A stretch of 64,000 bases of DNA, from the NCBI RefSeq assembly GCF_018350175.1, contig NC_058383.1:1550001-1614000 (forward strand), given 5' to 3'. A model generated the notes under the pieces. It saw only the letters and a list, made by a program, of their open reading frames with translations. It was not told where the DNA came from and ran no database searches. This DNA comes from Felis catus (Eukaryota). This document shows, in pieces, positions 45,799-57,600 of the stretch (position 1 is the first letter of the stretch; each line of letters begins with the position of its first letter). The position numbers and the translations under genes are program-made.

Positions 45799-47489
45799 CC
45801 TGGCACGCTCTCCGAGGGACCAGCCCCTTCTAACCCCGGAAGCGCTTCCTACAGTTTACAGTGTAAACAGACCCCGGGGCTGGGTAAGGGGAAGGTCCTG
45901 AGCCCCACGTGGGGAAGCTGGGGTCAGCCGGGCGTGCATCGGGCGTACCCGCCGCGGGACCTCAGGCCCGGGCAGCGGTGACTGCCCTGGCGGGGACCAG
46001 GGCTCGGCTCAAGAGTCTCCCCGAACCGGTGGGCCCCAGTTCGCAGGTGCACTGCCGGCCGCCACTCCGCGCACGTGGCTGGGACGGGCAGAGAAGCAGC
46101 AAACGTGCCAGAAAGACAGACGGCTCAGAAGCGGCTGGGGGGGACCCGGGGCGGGGGGGGGAGGGACGCGGCCTGGCACTCCGGCGCCAGCGGCCTTGCC
46201 GGGACTATGGGGAGCGCCCTGGCAGGTGGTCACGCACCTTGGGGTGTGCTCTCCGTCCTCTGGAGGGCACGTCAACACAGCCCTTACGGAAGGGGCGCAG
46301 GGAGGGAGGCCGGACAGGACGCTCCTCCAGCGACCCGGGGCCGAGGCTCCCGGTGGGGAGACAGAGGCTCTCCCGGGGTGGAGAGGTGCGCACCTGGAGC
46401 CCTGCCTCCCTGTGCCACTTGGGCCAACACGACACGGGTCGCCACAGCCAACTTCCTGGGAGCTGCGGGCCTGGTGGACAGGGGAGACCCGCCCAGTGGT
46501 GGCGGTGCCCCAGAGGCCGCGCCAGCCTGTGGAGAAGTGAGGCGGGGGCCTCAGGCCCAGGGGGACAGGGCAGGTGAGAGAGGGGCCGAAGCCGTACGAT
46601 GTCACCCACGTGAGACGGATCCCTGGGGCGGCATCAGACTCTTCCAGACCAGCACGGGGCGAGGGCCGTGGAACGAGCGACCAGGCTGCCCGGTGGCTGA
46701 GGCCAAGCACGGTCCCATCACGCGTGTGGACAGCAACAAGCAGCCCCCCAGCCACACCCCAGGACCCCGGCGGCAGAGCCGACGTGACAGTCAGATGGGG
46801 AGACGCCCCACAGCCAGGCAGCTGTCCTCTCGCCACCCTGGGTCCCCGGGTCTCCGAACGCCCTGCCTGCTCCCTCCAGTCTCCCCAGGAAAAATTGCTT
46901 TAATATTACGTACAGCGGTGCAGGGGAGGGAAGACCAGACAGAAAGACGGATCTCGTCAGGACTCGGGGAGGACGCACACGCTGAGGAGGTGCTCAGTGT
47001 CAGCATCACCACCTGAGCGAGGAATCCGGTCCTCCCGCAATTGGAGGCCGCTCGCGCCAGCTCCCCGAGGAACGCCCTCTGCAAACTTTGATGCGAACTA
47101 ATTAAGTTTGCACAGTTAATCAGGACTGGCTGCCTCGGAGACCCAGCATCGACAGACACGGAGGCCGCGGGGAGACGCAGCGGGGCCTCTGCGTCACGTC
47201 GGTCTCCTGCCTGCACGCGGCGAGCAGGTGCTTCTGAGCCAGGGTCCTGGTGACCCACGGGCAGCCCGGTGGCACGACGGCACCCACGACGGGTAGCGTG
47301 CCCACGCGGGGCCCTCGGGGACCGCCGGCAGGGGTGGGCACGAACACGGCGCCCGGGCTGGCTGAGGCTGCGGCTGGCGGGACACAAAGGCCGGGGCACG
47401 GGGGGTGGCAGCGCCGGGGCAGAGCACCCTCCGCACAGCGCCTGCCCACCTGCTCCCTCAGCACCTGCTAGCCGTCGCCTACACCGTAG

Positions 47490-47692
47490 CAGGACTCCGG
47501 GCGTGTGGCCCCCACTGTGCGGGCCCCCCGCCCCGGCCCCCAGCCCACCTCCCCCAGGACCTCGGGTGTGTGGCCTCCACTGTGCGGGCCCCCCGCCTCG
47601 GCCCCCAGCCCACCTCCCCCAGGACCTCGGGCGTGTGGCCCCCACTGTGCAGCACCCCTCTAACCCCCGGCCTCCGGCCCACCTCCCCTGGG
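47490..47692. repeat. 65-bp C-rich minisatellite, about 3 copies
   Basis: G(C/T)GTGTGGCC recurs at 47501, 47566 and 47631; the third copy is degenerate. Confidence 0.9.
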
Positions 47693-50600
47693 GAGCCCTG
47701 ACTGCGACCCTGCGGCCCCTGCGGGAGCTCATCGCGGGCACTGCGGCAGGGAAGGAAGTGCAAGATGGCCGTGGGAAGGAGGCCAAGGGACGGGGGGCCG
47801 GGCCCGGTGGGATCCAGTGCAAAGGAGCTCCCATCGCTTACTGAGGACGGATTACGACACGTGTAGGAGGTGCTGCCCGGATAAGAACCGCACAGCGAAG
47901 ACACCGTCACGTGGCGAGGAACGGCACTTGCTGGGAGGCCCTCCGGGCCCGCGTCCTTCACGCTGGGAGGCCTGGAGGTGCAGGAGGCGGGCCCACGCAC
48001 CTTTCCGGATTCTCTCAATCTGGTCGAGGCCGTGCCTGAGTCGGCGGAACTGGGACCAGAGACCCACCTCTTCCCGGCCATGATTGGTCAGAACCTTCTA
48101 GAGTCCTCTCTCAAGCCCCCTCCCCATCGCTGGGACTCCGAGGGCCATCCGGGCCTCTCTGGACTCTGACCCCGCTTGCCCTCGCTGACTGGCGCTGAAG
48201 GCGCCTCCTCGGCGAGGCCCCGCCCGTGCCGCCCGCACCCCCACTTTGCACCTCTCGGGCCGGCCGGGGGGGTTCCCGGAGGAACCCCGAGGAGCCTGCC
48301 GCCAGGCGCAGCCCGCCTGTGTTTGCGCAGAGAGCCTGCAGAAGTGCTGACGGCCACGCTGGCGGAGCCAGGAGCTGAAGCAGCACTTTGTGCCGGGACC
48401 GCGGAAGAGACCCGAGTTGGGGCGCGCTGTGCTCACGGGAGAAGCCCGCACCCCTCAGTGTGCTGGGGACGCCCCCCCTCCCCCTGCATGCAGACGGGCG
48501 TCCGGCAGGGACACTCGGCCACAGGGCCTCAGCTGTGCATCGAGCCCTCAGGGGTCGTGGGTACAGGAGGTTCTGATCCGGGAGGCCACAGTGCCCGACA
48601 CCCTACACCTGTGACAGGCGCCCAAGGGGTGCTGGTGCAGCCAGTCGGGGGTGGACAAAAGGTCCTGAAAACAGCGACTGGCTAAAGTGGCACGCACGTC
48701 CGCCTCGGTGGCACCGTGTCCGCTTTGGACTGACACGCCCCCCCACCCCCCCAATTCACAGCATGGAGGTGCCCGGAGGCCATGAAGGGGGGTTGTTGCC
48801 GCTACAGAAGAAACCCCGGGGCGCTCCTTACCCCTCCCGCCGTGGGAGGGCCCTCCACCAGCCTCAATGGCCTCCATGTGCCGCCGCCTGGCCGTGGGGT
48901 CGTGACTGCAGTGTGTGGACGCAGGCAGGGAACCTCAAGGTGTCCTCTGCCTTCCAGTGCCCGTGACTTCCCCTACCGGCCGCAGCCCTGCCCTCCTGCT
49001 CAAGGGGACAGCAGGGCCTTGCTCCCGAGGGCCAGAGCCCTGGCACAGGGCTGGCACATGTCGGCCGCCCTGGGGTCCCCTCCCCCACCTTCATCACAGG
49101 GCTCACACCCCACGCTGGAAACAGTGACGTGAGCGAACGTGACCCTATCCTAACCTGGGGTGTGCCCTCAAACTCCCAGGAGTGGGGGAGGGGGAACTCA
49201 GTGGGTCAATTCCATGTTCACCTGCTGCCGTGCTGGACCCTTACTCACAGACCCAAACTGGGCGCCACCGGGCTGCCCCCTCAAGGGATGCAGAAGCCGA
49301 GGGGGGCGGCCGGCTGGAGGGCTGGCAGCCGATTGCCCGACCCACCTCCCGCCCCCTGGTGGCGCCCACACGTAACCTACCCTTGGCAGGTCGAGCCTCA
49401 GACACCTTGCTGCGGCCCCGCTGACCTCCAGCCAGAAGAGGGACGGCGGTGGCTGGACCGTGAGCCAGACCGCCCCACACGCGTCAGCGCTAAGGCCGAT
49501 CGCGACGCGCACGCGTCCGAAGCTTCATGGCACAGGCCTCTGAAACCCACCACCCTGCAGTTCCAGCCGGGTCAGGGAACACTCGGCCGCCTGGCCGGGG
49601 GTCCTGGCGTCACGGTGGGCAGCCCTCATCGCCCTGGGCGTCCCTCCACTGAAACCCCAGCCACGGGTAGCTGCAGGGGAGCGCGCAGGCGCACGGTCAG
49701 GCTCAGGCGGTCGCGCCCTGCTGCCGGGGAGGGCGCCGAGGCCCGGCCAGCCTCCTGCTCCTGGCGGGCAGTCTCTCCTCCCAGTCTTCTAGCAGGCACC
49801 ACCTGGGCTCCACGCCTCGCCGTGGGGGTGGCTCCGGGCCGCGGGGGCCCCGTCTGGAGGAGCTCGTGCTACGTGTGGCCCCAGAAGGCCCACGCCAACG
49901 TCCCCTGGTCCTTAGGGCTCCAGGGCACCTGGTGCAGGAGCATCCGGAGGCTGGAGCTTGGAAGAAGATGTGGCCCCACCTTCGCCCCCGACCGGCCGCT
50001 TCGGAGTCCCCAGCGGCCGTCGCGAAGGCTGGGAGCACGCAGACACGCGGGGACTTGCCCGGGTGGAGGAACAGGTGGTGCAGGTGACGCTCACCTGGGA
50101 AGGTGTCAGGTGCCGGAGAAATGCAGCGAGCCGGCGGGGACGTGGGGGGACGGAAGGCGATCCGCAGGACCCCCACAGGCACCGGTGGAGAGGGCGGGGG
50201 CCGCTTTGGGCGTGTGCGTCCTCGGACCAGCCCTGGTGGCTTTGAGGAGGGAGGTCCTGGGACAGGACGTGCCGTGGGACAGTGAGCTGGCGGGGGGCCC
50301 CGGGGGGATAGGGAAGCCAGGCAGGCGAGGCCACGGGACGCAGCCCGGGGCACAGGCTGCAGGAGCGCGGGGTCAGCCCCACACCTGGGACGAAGCAGAC
50401 GGCGAGGAAAGGGGGTCCAAGATGGCTGCCGAGGAGACCCCTGTCCCTCAGGCCTGCCTGATGTGGGGAGAGGACTCACCCAGCACCCAGACGGGGACGG
50501 AGCCCCTCCGCCCCCGCGTCTGGGAGCTCATGGCAGCCACCGTGGGGATGTCCTGCCGGCCCGGTCAGGGGTCAGGACGGGCACAGCGGGCACCTTCATC

Positions 50601-53600
50601 GGGACAGGGCTGAGGCCTACCCCGCTGGTGGCTTCTATCCCCACCCGGGGCCCCCGCTCTGCATCCGAGAAAAGCCCTGTAAGGAAGCTCTGACTCCAGA
50701 GGCCAGGAGAGTAGACTGGCTGCTTCCTGGCCACGGGGCTGTGCCTCTAGTCAGCACGGGCCACGGGGGGCGAGGTCTCCAGAGGATGGGTTACCGGACA
50801 CACGGCGGGCACACGTCCCTTCCTCTCTTCAAACGCTCCTCATACACCGCTCCTTGGGAGGCGGGTAAGGAAACGTGGCTCCCGAGGGTAGTGGGGTGGA
50901 GGCCGCTGGACAGAGGCCCGGGGCAGACCCGGAGGGAGCCGAGCCTCCGCCGTCCATCCCGCCCAGACCGGGGTGCAGCCAGTGCCAGGGTCCAGGCTCC
51001 CCGGCCCCTCCTCCCCTTCGCGCCGCTATGCCCTCCCCCCGAAGCTGGGAAGGCAGGGAGAAACACCTCGCCAAGAGGGATCAGGAAGCAGGTGGGGGTC
51101 CCGGTCCCGCCTCCAAAGCGTCAGGAGCTCGGGACAAGGGGCGGGCACCGGAGTCTGGAGAGGGGATGCGGACACAGACCAGGCTGCCCTGGGGGGACCG
51201 ATCACCCGGGGCAGGAAGCCGCCCCTCTCGTCCCCCGTAAAGCCGGCTGGCACCCCCCGGCCCTTGTCCGCTCTGGGCTGCCCAGGAGGTCGGCTGGAAA
51301 ACGGGAGAAAGGTCTCCGAACACTGGCGGGCATGAGAGAAACAGAGACACGAGCCACGGTGGGCCGTCTTCAGCACACGCCGACCTCCGGCCCAGGCGTC
51401 CCATGCGCCTTGACCAACGCCCCGGCAGCTGGCCAACACGAGGCTCTGCCCCACCGCGGGGGCGCCCCCCGGCCTGTCCCAGGGGTGGGGGAGGGGTGGA
51501 GGCTTTACGGCAGCGGAAATCCACAGAACCAGCCGCGCGGTGGCCGGAGGTGGAACCGGCATCGATTCCCAATTCACAGCTGGGCCCGTCGCCAGCGGGG
51601 CTCGGGGAGAAATGCCCTGCCGAGATCAAGTGCAGGGGTGGTTTTTTAGGGCTCCTTCAGCCCAGCCCAGCGGGCGTACGGCCCGCGGCGGCCTCGGAGC
51701 GGCCTCCGGCCTCCCAGCTGCACAAGACCCCCGCCGCCTCAGCGCCTGGGTGGATCCTACTCGCCCTCCTCATCCGGGGTCAGGGCTCCGGCTGACCCTC
51801 AGCACCCTCGGCTGGTGGGTGGAGGACAGGCCTCAGCATCCCCTGCTCACGGATAGCAGACGTGGCCGGCGGGCAGACCGCGGCTGTGGGAGCGGTGCCT
51901 GCACGAGGCACCCTTCGCATGGCCAGAGCATCTCGGTTGGGGGCGGGGGTGGGGAGGTGGAGGGGCTGGCCCCCTGATCCTAACGATCCAAGTGTCTGCG
52001 CAGCGTGCGGGCTGAGTGCGGTTCCCTTAAAGACCGGGAAGGGTACCGAGCTGCTCTCACAGATCAACATCACCCAGGGACAGCGGCTGCTCATCGAACG
52101 CCTGGCGGGCCCCAGCGTCGAGCTGCGAAGAGCGATCATCTCTTGGCCAGGGGCAGGGGGAGGGGCGAGCGCTCCGGATCCCGCAGCCCCCGTCCCGAGA
52201 ACCAAGCAGCCTGCATCCTGCCGGGGCTGCCGCGGGGCTCTGGGGGCCCTGCCCCCCCCACCCCCCGCCTCCCCTGCAGCGGGGGCTGGGCAAGTCCAGG
52301 CGTCCAGTGACCCAGGCCCCTGCCCTAGTCGGAGGCTGCTAACGAGCAGCTCCCCGCCCCCCTGTCCTCTGCCCGGCCATCCCGCACCCCAGCTCCGAGC
52401 AGCAGGACGAGCCTGTCCGTGCCCGCACTGGGGTCTGTGCTCACGGCCGAGGCTGCGGGCTCGTGGGGGGCAGGGGCCGGCAGACCAAGGAGAAAACATC
52501 CCTTTGCCTGGCGGACAGGCCACGCTTCCTCTGGGCCGGAAACACCACTGACAACTCAGTCTGGGGGTTTTGTGGGCACGTTGGAGCCACAGCTCTGTGA
52601 CCTCCCTGGCTCCTCAGATTCCGGGCTCAGTGGGGTGTGGGCACAGGGCAGGTGCGTCCCCGCACGGGGACGGGGGGGAGCCAAGTGCCAGAAGGCTCGC
52701 GGAGAGAACCTGCTCTAGGAGAGCCCCCAGCAGGCATGACAGATCCCGGTCACGTATGATTGATTACATGTGCCCGTGGGTACGCGGTCCACATACACGC
52801 ACGGCCGTGTACACGTATCTGACACTCTGAGTGGAACAAGCAAGATGCCGGCAGAGCCAGTGTTACAAGCCGGCCGGCCCGTGTCCCCCAGACTCGCGCA
52901 CTGTGTTTAGGGGTGCAGCTGTGACGGAGAAAATTAAGATAAAACGAGGTCACGGGGCAGGACCCCAGTCCACCAGGAACGGGTGTCCTCGTGAGAGGGA
53001 GAGGCAGCAGGGACCCACTCTGCCCCTGCCCGGTACACGCACGGAGGACAGGCCGCAGGAGGACGCGTCGAGCCGCCTGGCCCGTGGCATCGGCTGTGGC
53101 GGCCTCGCTGACCGTCCGCAGTGTCCGTAACACAGGCTTATCCGGTAAAAACCCAGCCCCGTGACACGCTGCCTGGCTGTGGTGAGCGTCGAGGCCTCAG
53201 GGTCGCCTGCACGCCAGCGCCCTGCCAGCCGCCATCCACCCCCAGGGCTCCGGGACCCGCACGCTGCCCGCCACCAGGCCGCGATGCCCTCCCGCGTCCA
53301 CCAACCCGAACCCACCCCACGGTGACAATGCGGGTTAAGGCCAAAACGCCCACACGCTCGCCCCGTGCGCGAGAGCTGCTTCAGAATCATCGGGGCAGCA
53401 GGGAGGGCTTCGGTGGGCACGTGGGGATTCTCGACACCGTCCGCTTTCACAGATGCTTAAAACTTTCCGCGACGAACCTGAGGACGGCAACGGGTGGAAA
53501 CAAACCTGGAAAACCAAGGGCCGCTATTCCCCTTGCCGGCCAGTCACACGGGGGTCTGGGGGAAGGACTGGCTGCTGCTCCCAGGAGCTCAGAGCCCCAT

Positions 53601-54015
53601 CCGCACACACACAAGGACCACCCCCCCCAGCACGGGCACGGGGTAGGAAGCCACTCGTGAGGGGGAGGGGCCGCCCCACCTCTGCCCGTCCTGGGGCACA
53701 CCCAGGGCCATGGCGCTTCTGGGAAGGTGAGAGGCCTGTGACCTCTGCCCGGGGATCCATGCTGACACAGACCACGTCTCCTGAATGCTTTCGGGGGTCA
53801 CGGGGGCCCCCGGGGCCCCCCAGTGTGGGCTGAGTGCTCTTCTTCGAACGTATAAACCGGGACCAGACCTGCCTCCGTGTCATCAATGACCGACACGATG
53901 GACAAAACACACACGGTTAAGTGTTCGCACACACTGGGCAGGCAGCTACGGTGATCCCCGAGGAAGAGACACAGGAGGTGAGCCCACGAGGCTCAGGCTG
54001 GCGGGCAGTCCTGCA

Positions 54016-54119
54016 CAGGACGGAGCCAAGCGGAGGGCTCTGGGACACAGGTCCCCAGGACAGAGCCGAGAGGGGGCTCTGGGACACAGGTCCCCAGGAC
54101 GGAGGCGAGCGGGGGCTCT
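54016..54119. repeat. 39-40-bp tandem repeat, about 2.6 copies
   Basis: caggac...gggctctgggacacaggtccc units start at 54016, 54056 and 54095. Confidence 0.88.
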
Positions 54120-54209
54120 CGGCCAGCAGACCCCCAGGAGTTTGCAGCAGGTGCCCAGGGTATTTACCAGAGACCCCGGAAGGGTTACATCTCAGCAGCA
54201 GAGTTTAGT

Positions 54210-54680
54210 CCTAGAATAAAAGCAGTCTTGACCAGCCCTGCCAGAGCTTAAAGACAAGCCTCGCAAGGGCCAGCTGACGGACTTGCCTGCCAGAAAAAGG
54301 CATCTGAGAAGAAAAACTCATCGGAGACGAACAGCACATGAAAACCCCCCAAAGAGCAGGCCAGTGAACTTGAAGAGGGGGCGACGAAGAGCATCCAAAA
54401 GGAAGCACGAAGACAGACACACACAGCATCAGTGACCAGCGGGATGAAGCCAAGTGACCTTAAATGTGTGTAACGGGAGCCCCAGAAAAGAGGGGAGGGA
54501 CATAGAAACGGTATTGGAAGAAATAACAGCCTGGATGATCCGATTCTGGTCAACTATAAAACCACAGATCCAAGACGCCCCGTGAACCACAGCACAACAG
54601 GCACAAAGAATATCTAGAAATCAGCCCAAGGTAAGAAGACTTCACGTTCACAGCACCGAGGTAAGACCGCTAGCCTTGCG
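54210..54680 (+). mobile_element. Ancient LINE-1 ORF1 relic
   Basis: ccagtgaacttgaaga..., gtgtaacgggagccccagaaaagag, gtattggaagaaataacagc and taaaccacagatccaaga. Confidence 0.7.
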
Positions 54681-57600
54681 GGCTCTCCGGACATGCACCA
54701 CCCCCCCCCCCCCTTAAGGGGCACGGCTCTGTTTCCATCTGACGCTGGTGAACCTTTCCTTATCCTGAGCTGGGGGCTGTGTCCTGGGATCCCCGCTGCT
54801 GTCCAATCCTACCTCCAGACCCCCTACCCCAGGAGGGCCCAGCAAACAGCGGCAAGCAACGGCTCTGCCTGGGGCGCCCTCCGGATAAACACAAGCCCGG
54901 CCTCTCCCATGCGAGGCTCAGGGGGCAAGCGTATCTGGGCCGAGGGGGCTCAGGGAACACTCTGGGCCACCCCGATTCCCGCACCTGTTCAGCTGACGAA
55001 ACGAGAGACGTTTAGAAGCCAGCGTGCGTTCAAAGCAGCTCCATTTGAAATTCAGAGGACCCAAAAAAAAGAAAATTCAAATTAAGGTGTGTGTCTGGGC
55101 CCTGTTGTTACAGCAGGAGATGGGAGCGCTCCCGGAGCAGACTTCTTCCCACACGAGCCTGTGCGTGGCCCCGACGGCCAGTCAGGGGAGGGGGAGAAAC
55201 CTTGCAGCCTCACCCCCTGACTCCCGACATGGGAGCCCTGTGGGCTCTCCACCTCCTGGCGGGGTCTCATGGACCCAGGCTCGCCCACTATCCTCCCTCA
55301 GCGCTCACAGAGCAGGGATGAGGCCAGGGCCAGAAGGGTCCCCGGAAGCCCGAGGGGCGGCCCCTCATTCAGGGAGCGGTGAGAGACGCTGCGGCTTCTC
55401 CTGGGCAGTCCGCGTGGGGACCGGAAGTTTCCCGACACTCCTTCCAGGAGGCCCAGGGAGCCCTGTCCAAGCCAGAAGAAGCCCCTTCCCGGCCTCGCTG
55501 GCTGGCGGCCCTGGGGGCCAGCCCTCAGCACCTGGCAGGGGCAGCAGTGCCCCCAGGCAGGCAGCAGGGACGGAAGGCCAGGTTCAACCGGCAAATTCCA
55601 AGTGCCCTCGGGTCCGGTATTTGGGGAGAAAACAGAACAAGCCCCTTTCCTTCCCTGTTCCTCAACTTGAGACCGACACTCCAACCCTGAGATCCGGCAT
55701 CTGACTGGAAGTGACCGGATGATCAGTGCCCCTCGCAGGACGCCTGTCCCACGCACATAAATGCAGGGGTGACACCAAAGGAGGGCCGAGGACCCCAGAG
55801 GCTCGACTGTCCTGTGAAGGTCAGGACGAAGCCACAGTAGCAGAGAGGGTGTGTAGGCCCTGCCCCTCGGGCCGGGCTGGGTGCCCCCCGACACTCAGAC
55901 CCACGGTCACGCTGGAGGGATGCCCGCCTGCCCCCCGGCAGCCAGCCAGCCACCTGTACTTGATGCTCCGCTCCACCAGCCACAAGGCCACCTTTGGGGA
56001 GACTAGCCCGGGGGCGGGGGTGCAAAGTGACGTGGCCACCAGGAGGCAGTTCTAGGACTTAAATGCACTGGCTGGTCTCGGTAGGCCGGTCAGTAGCCAA
56101 GAGACCCCGCGTTCCTCGGCCGCCCAGAGCTGTGGGCAGCTGCCGGCCGGGCAGGAACGCCTGCCGATCTGTTTGGCAGGGGCAGACTCCGGTCAAAGTC
56201 TCAAACCCGAAGCCCACGCCTCGGTGTCACGGCCCCACCAGCGCCCCGGCCCACAGGGAGGCCCGCACGTGGCTTCACCGGACAGGCCGTGGGTCCTCAC
56301 TCACGCCGCCTACGCCTCAGCCCAGACGCGACGCGACTTGTTTTGATCCAAAGCACATGAGAGAGCGGCCTGGTCCAGGCCAAGGGGCGCCCCAGGGGCA
56401 TGCTGGCAGGGCAGGGGGTTAGGGGTTGATGTGGGAGGGCAGGCGGCCCACACTGGTGGGGAGAGGAGAGCCGCGGTGAATCCTGGCCAGGCTGTGCCTG
56501 CCCCGTGTCCGACGGGCCTGAGCAGACCTGGCAGGACGTTCTTGTGTGTGGGGGGGGTGGACAGCACTGGGGTCCTGGGGCCTGCCGGCCTGCCCCTCAC
56601 CCTGCTCTCTCCTACTGACAGGACCCAGGAACGCTGCCCCTGAAGACAGCACAGCAGGAATGGCGTGCATCCGCCAGAAGATGCACAGGCCCGCTCCTCC
56701 CAGGAACTGCCATCAACCACTGGACCCGACACAAGGGATCCGGACAGATGACGGGGTGACAGGGTGGGGGGCCCCAGCAGGACGGAGGGGGAGGAATGTC
56801 CCTTATCTGGCCTCCGAGCAGCCGCTCTTCTGACACGAGGTCCCGGTGTGTGGACAAAGCCCCTGCTGAGGACCTGGCCATGGGTCCCCTGCAGGGCTCC
56901 ACACGGGGCCACCAGCCACCTGCCCCGTCTGCCCCCAAACACCCTCTATTCCGACTCTGTTGTGGGGAGAAGGGCACTTCTCGTGGGCCTGGAAGCTCAC
57001 GCACACGGCTCCGAGGGCCAGGCAGGCCAGGCGTGCTCTGAAAAACCCCAGGAAGCCACAACACGAGTGTCCCACGGGCCACGTGGGACCATGCTGTCAC
57101 GTCCGGTTCTGGGTCAACACCTGACCGGTGGAGCTGTCCCTGGGACCTGGGGGGAAACTGCGGCTCCCGGAACCCCTCTTCTTCCTCCTCCGACCAGGAG
57201 CTGTTGCCACGGCAACCGCAAGGCTCCCCAGCCCCGTGCCAGCGAGATGACGCCACTGGGACGTCGCCCTGAGGCACGAGCTTCTCTCCTCACTGCAGTC
57301 TGGTCCACATCCTCTGTCTTGCTTGGCCCAACCGTCCCGCCTCTGCACAGGGCAGCCTGCCTCTCCCCCACCCGGCCCCTGGCCCTTCCCACCCCTGCTG
57401 CCCCACAACAACTGCCCCGGGCTCAGTACTCCACGGGAGGCCGGTGGCCTGTCTGTGCCCGTCAGACAAGAGTCCCGGGCACTGGTGCCAGTGGGGCCCA
57501 GTGGGGCGGAACAAGCCTGCGCTCTGTGGGTGACGGGGCCACGGGGCCGACCCGCTCACTAGTTTATGAGGAGAGAAGGCGGCAGCCACGGGCAGCCCAG

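Noticed and set aside
49129..50613. Longest ORF in the track (494 aa, + strand)
   Set aside because: Non-ATG start, Pro/Gly/Arg/Ala-rich low-information sequence, no recognisable domain. Expected from stop-codon scarcity in GC-rich intron DNA.
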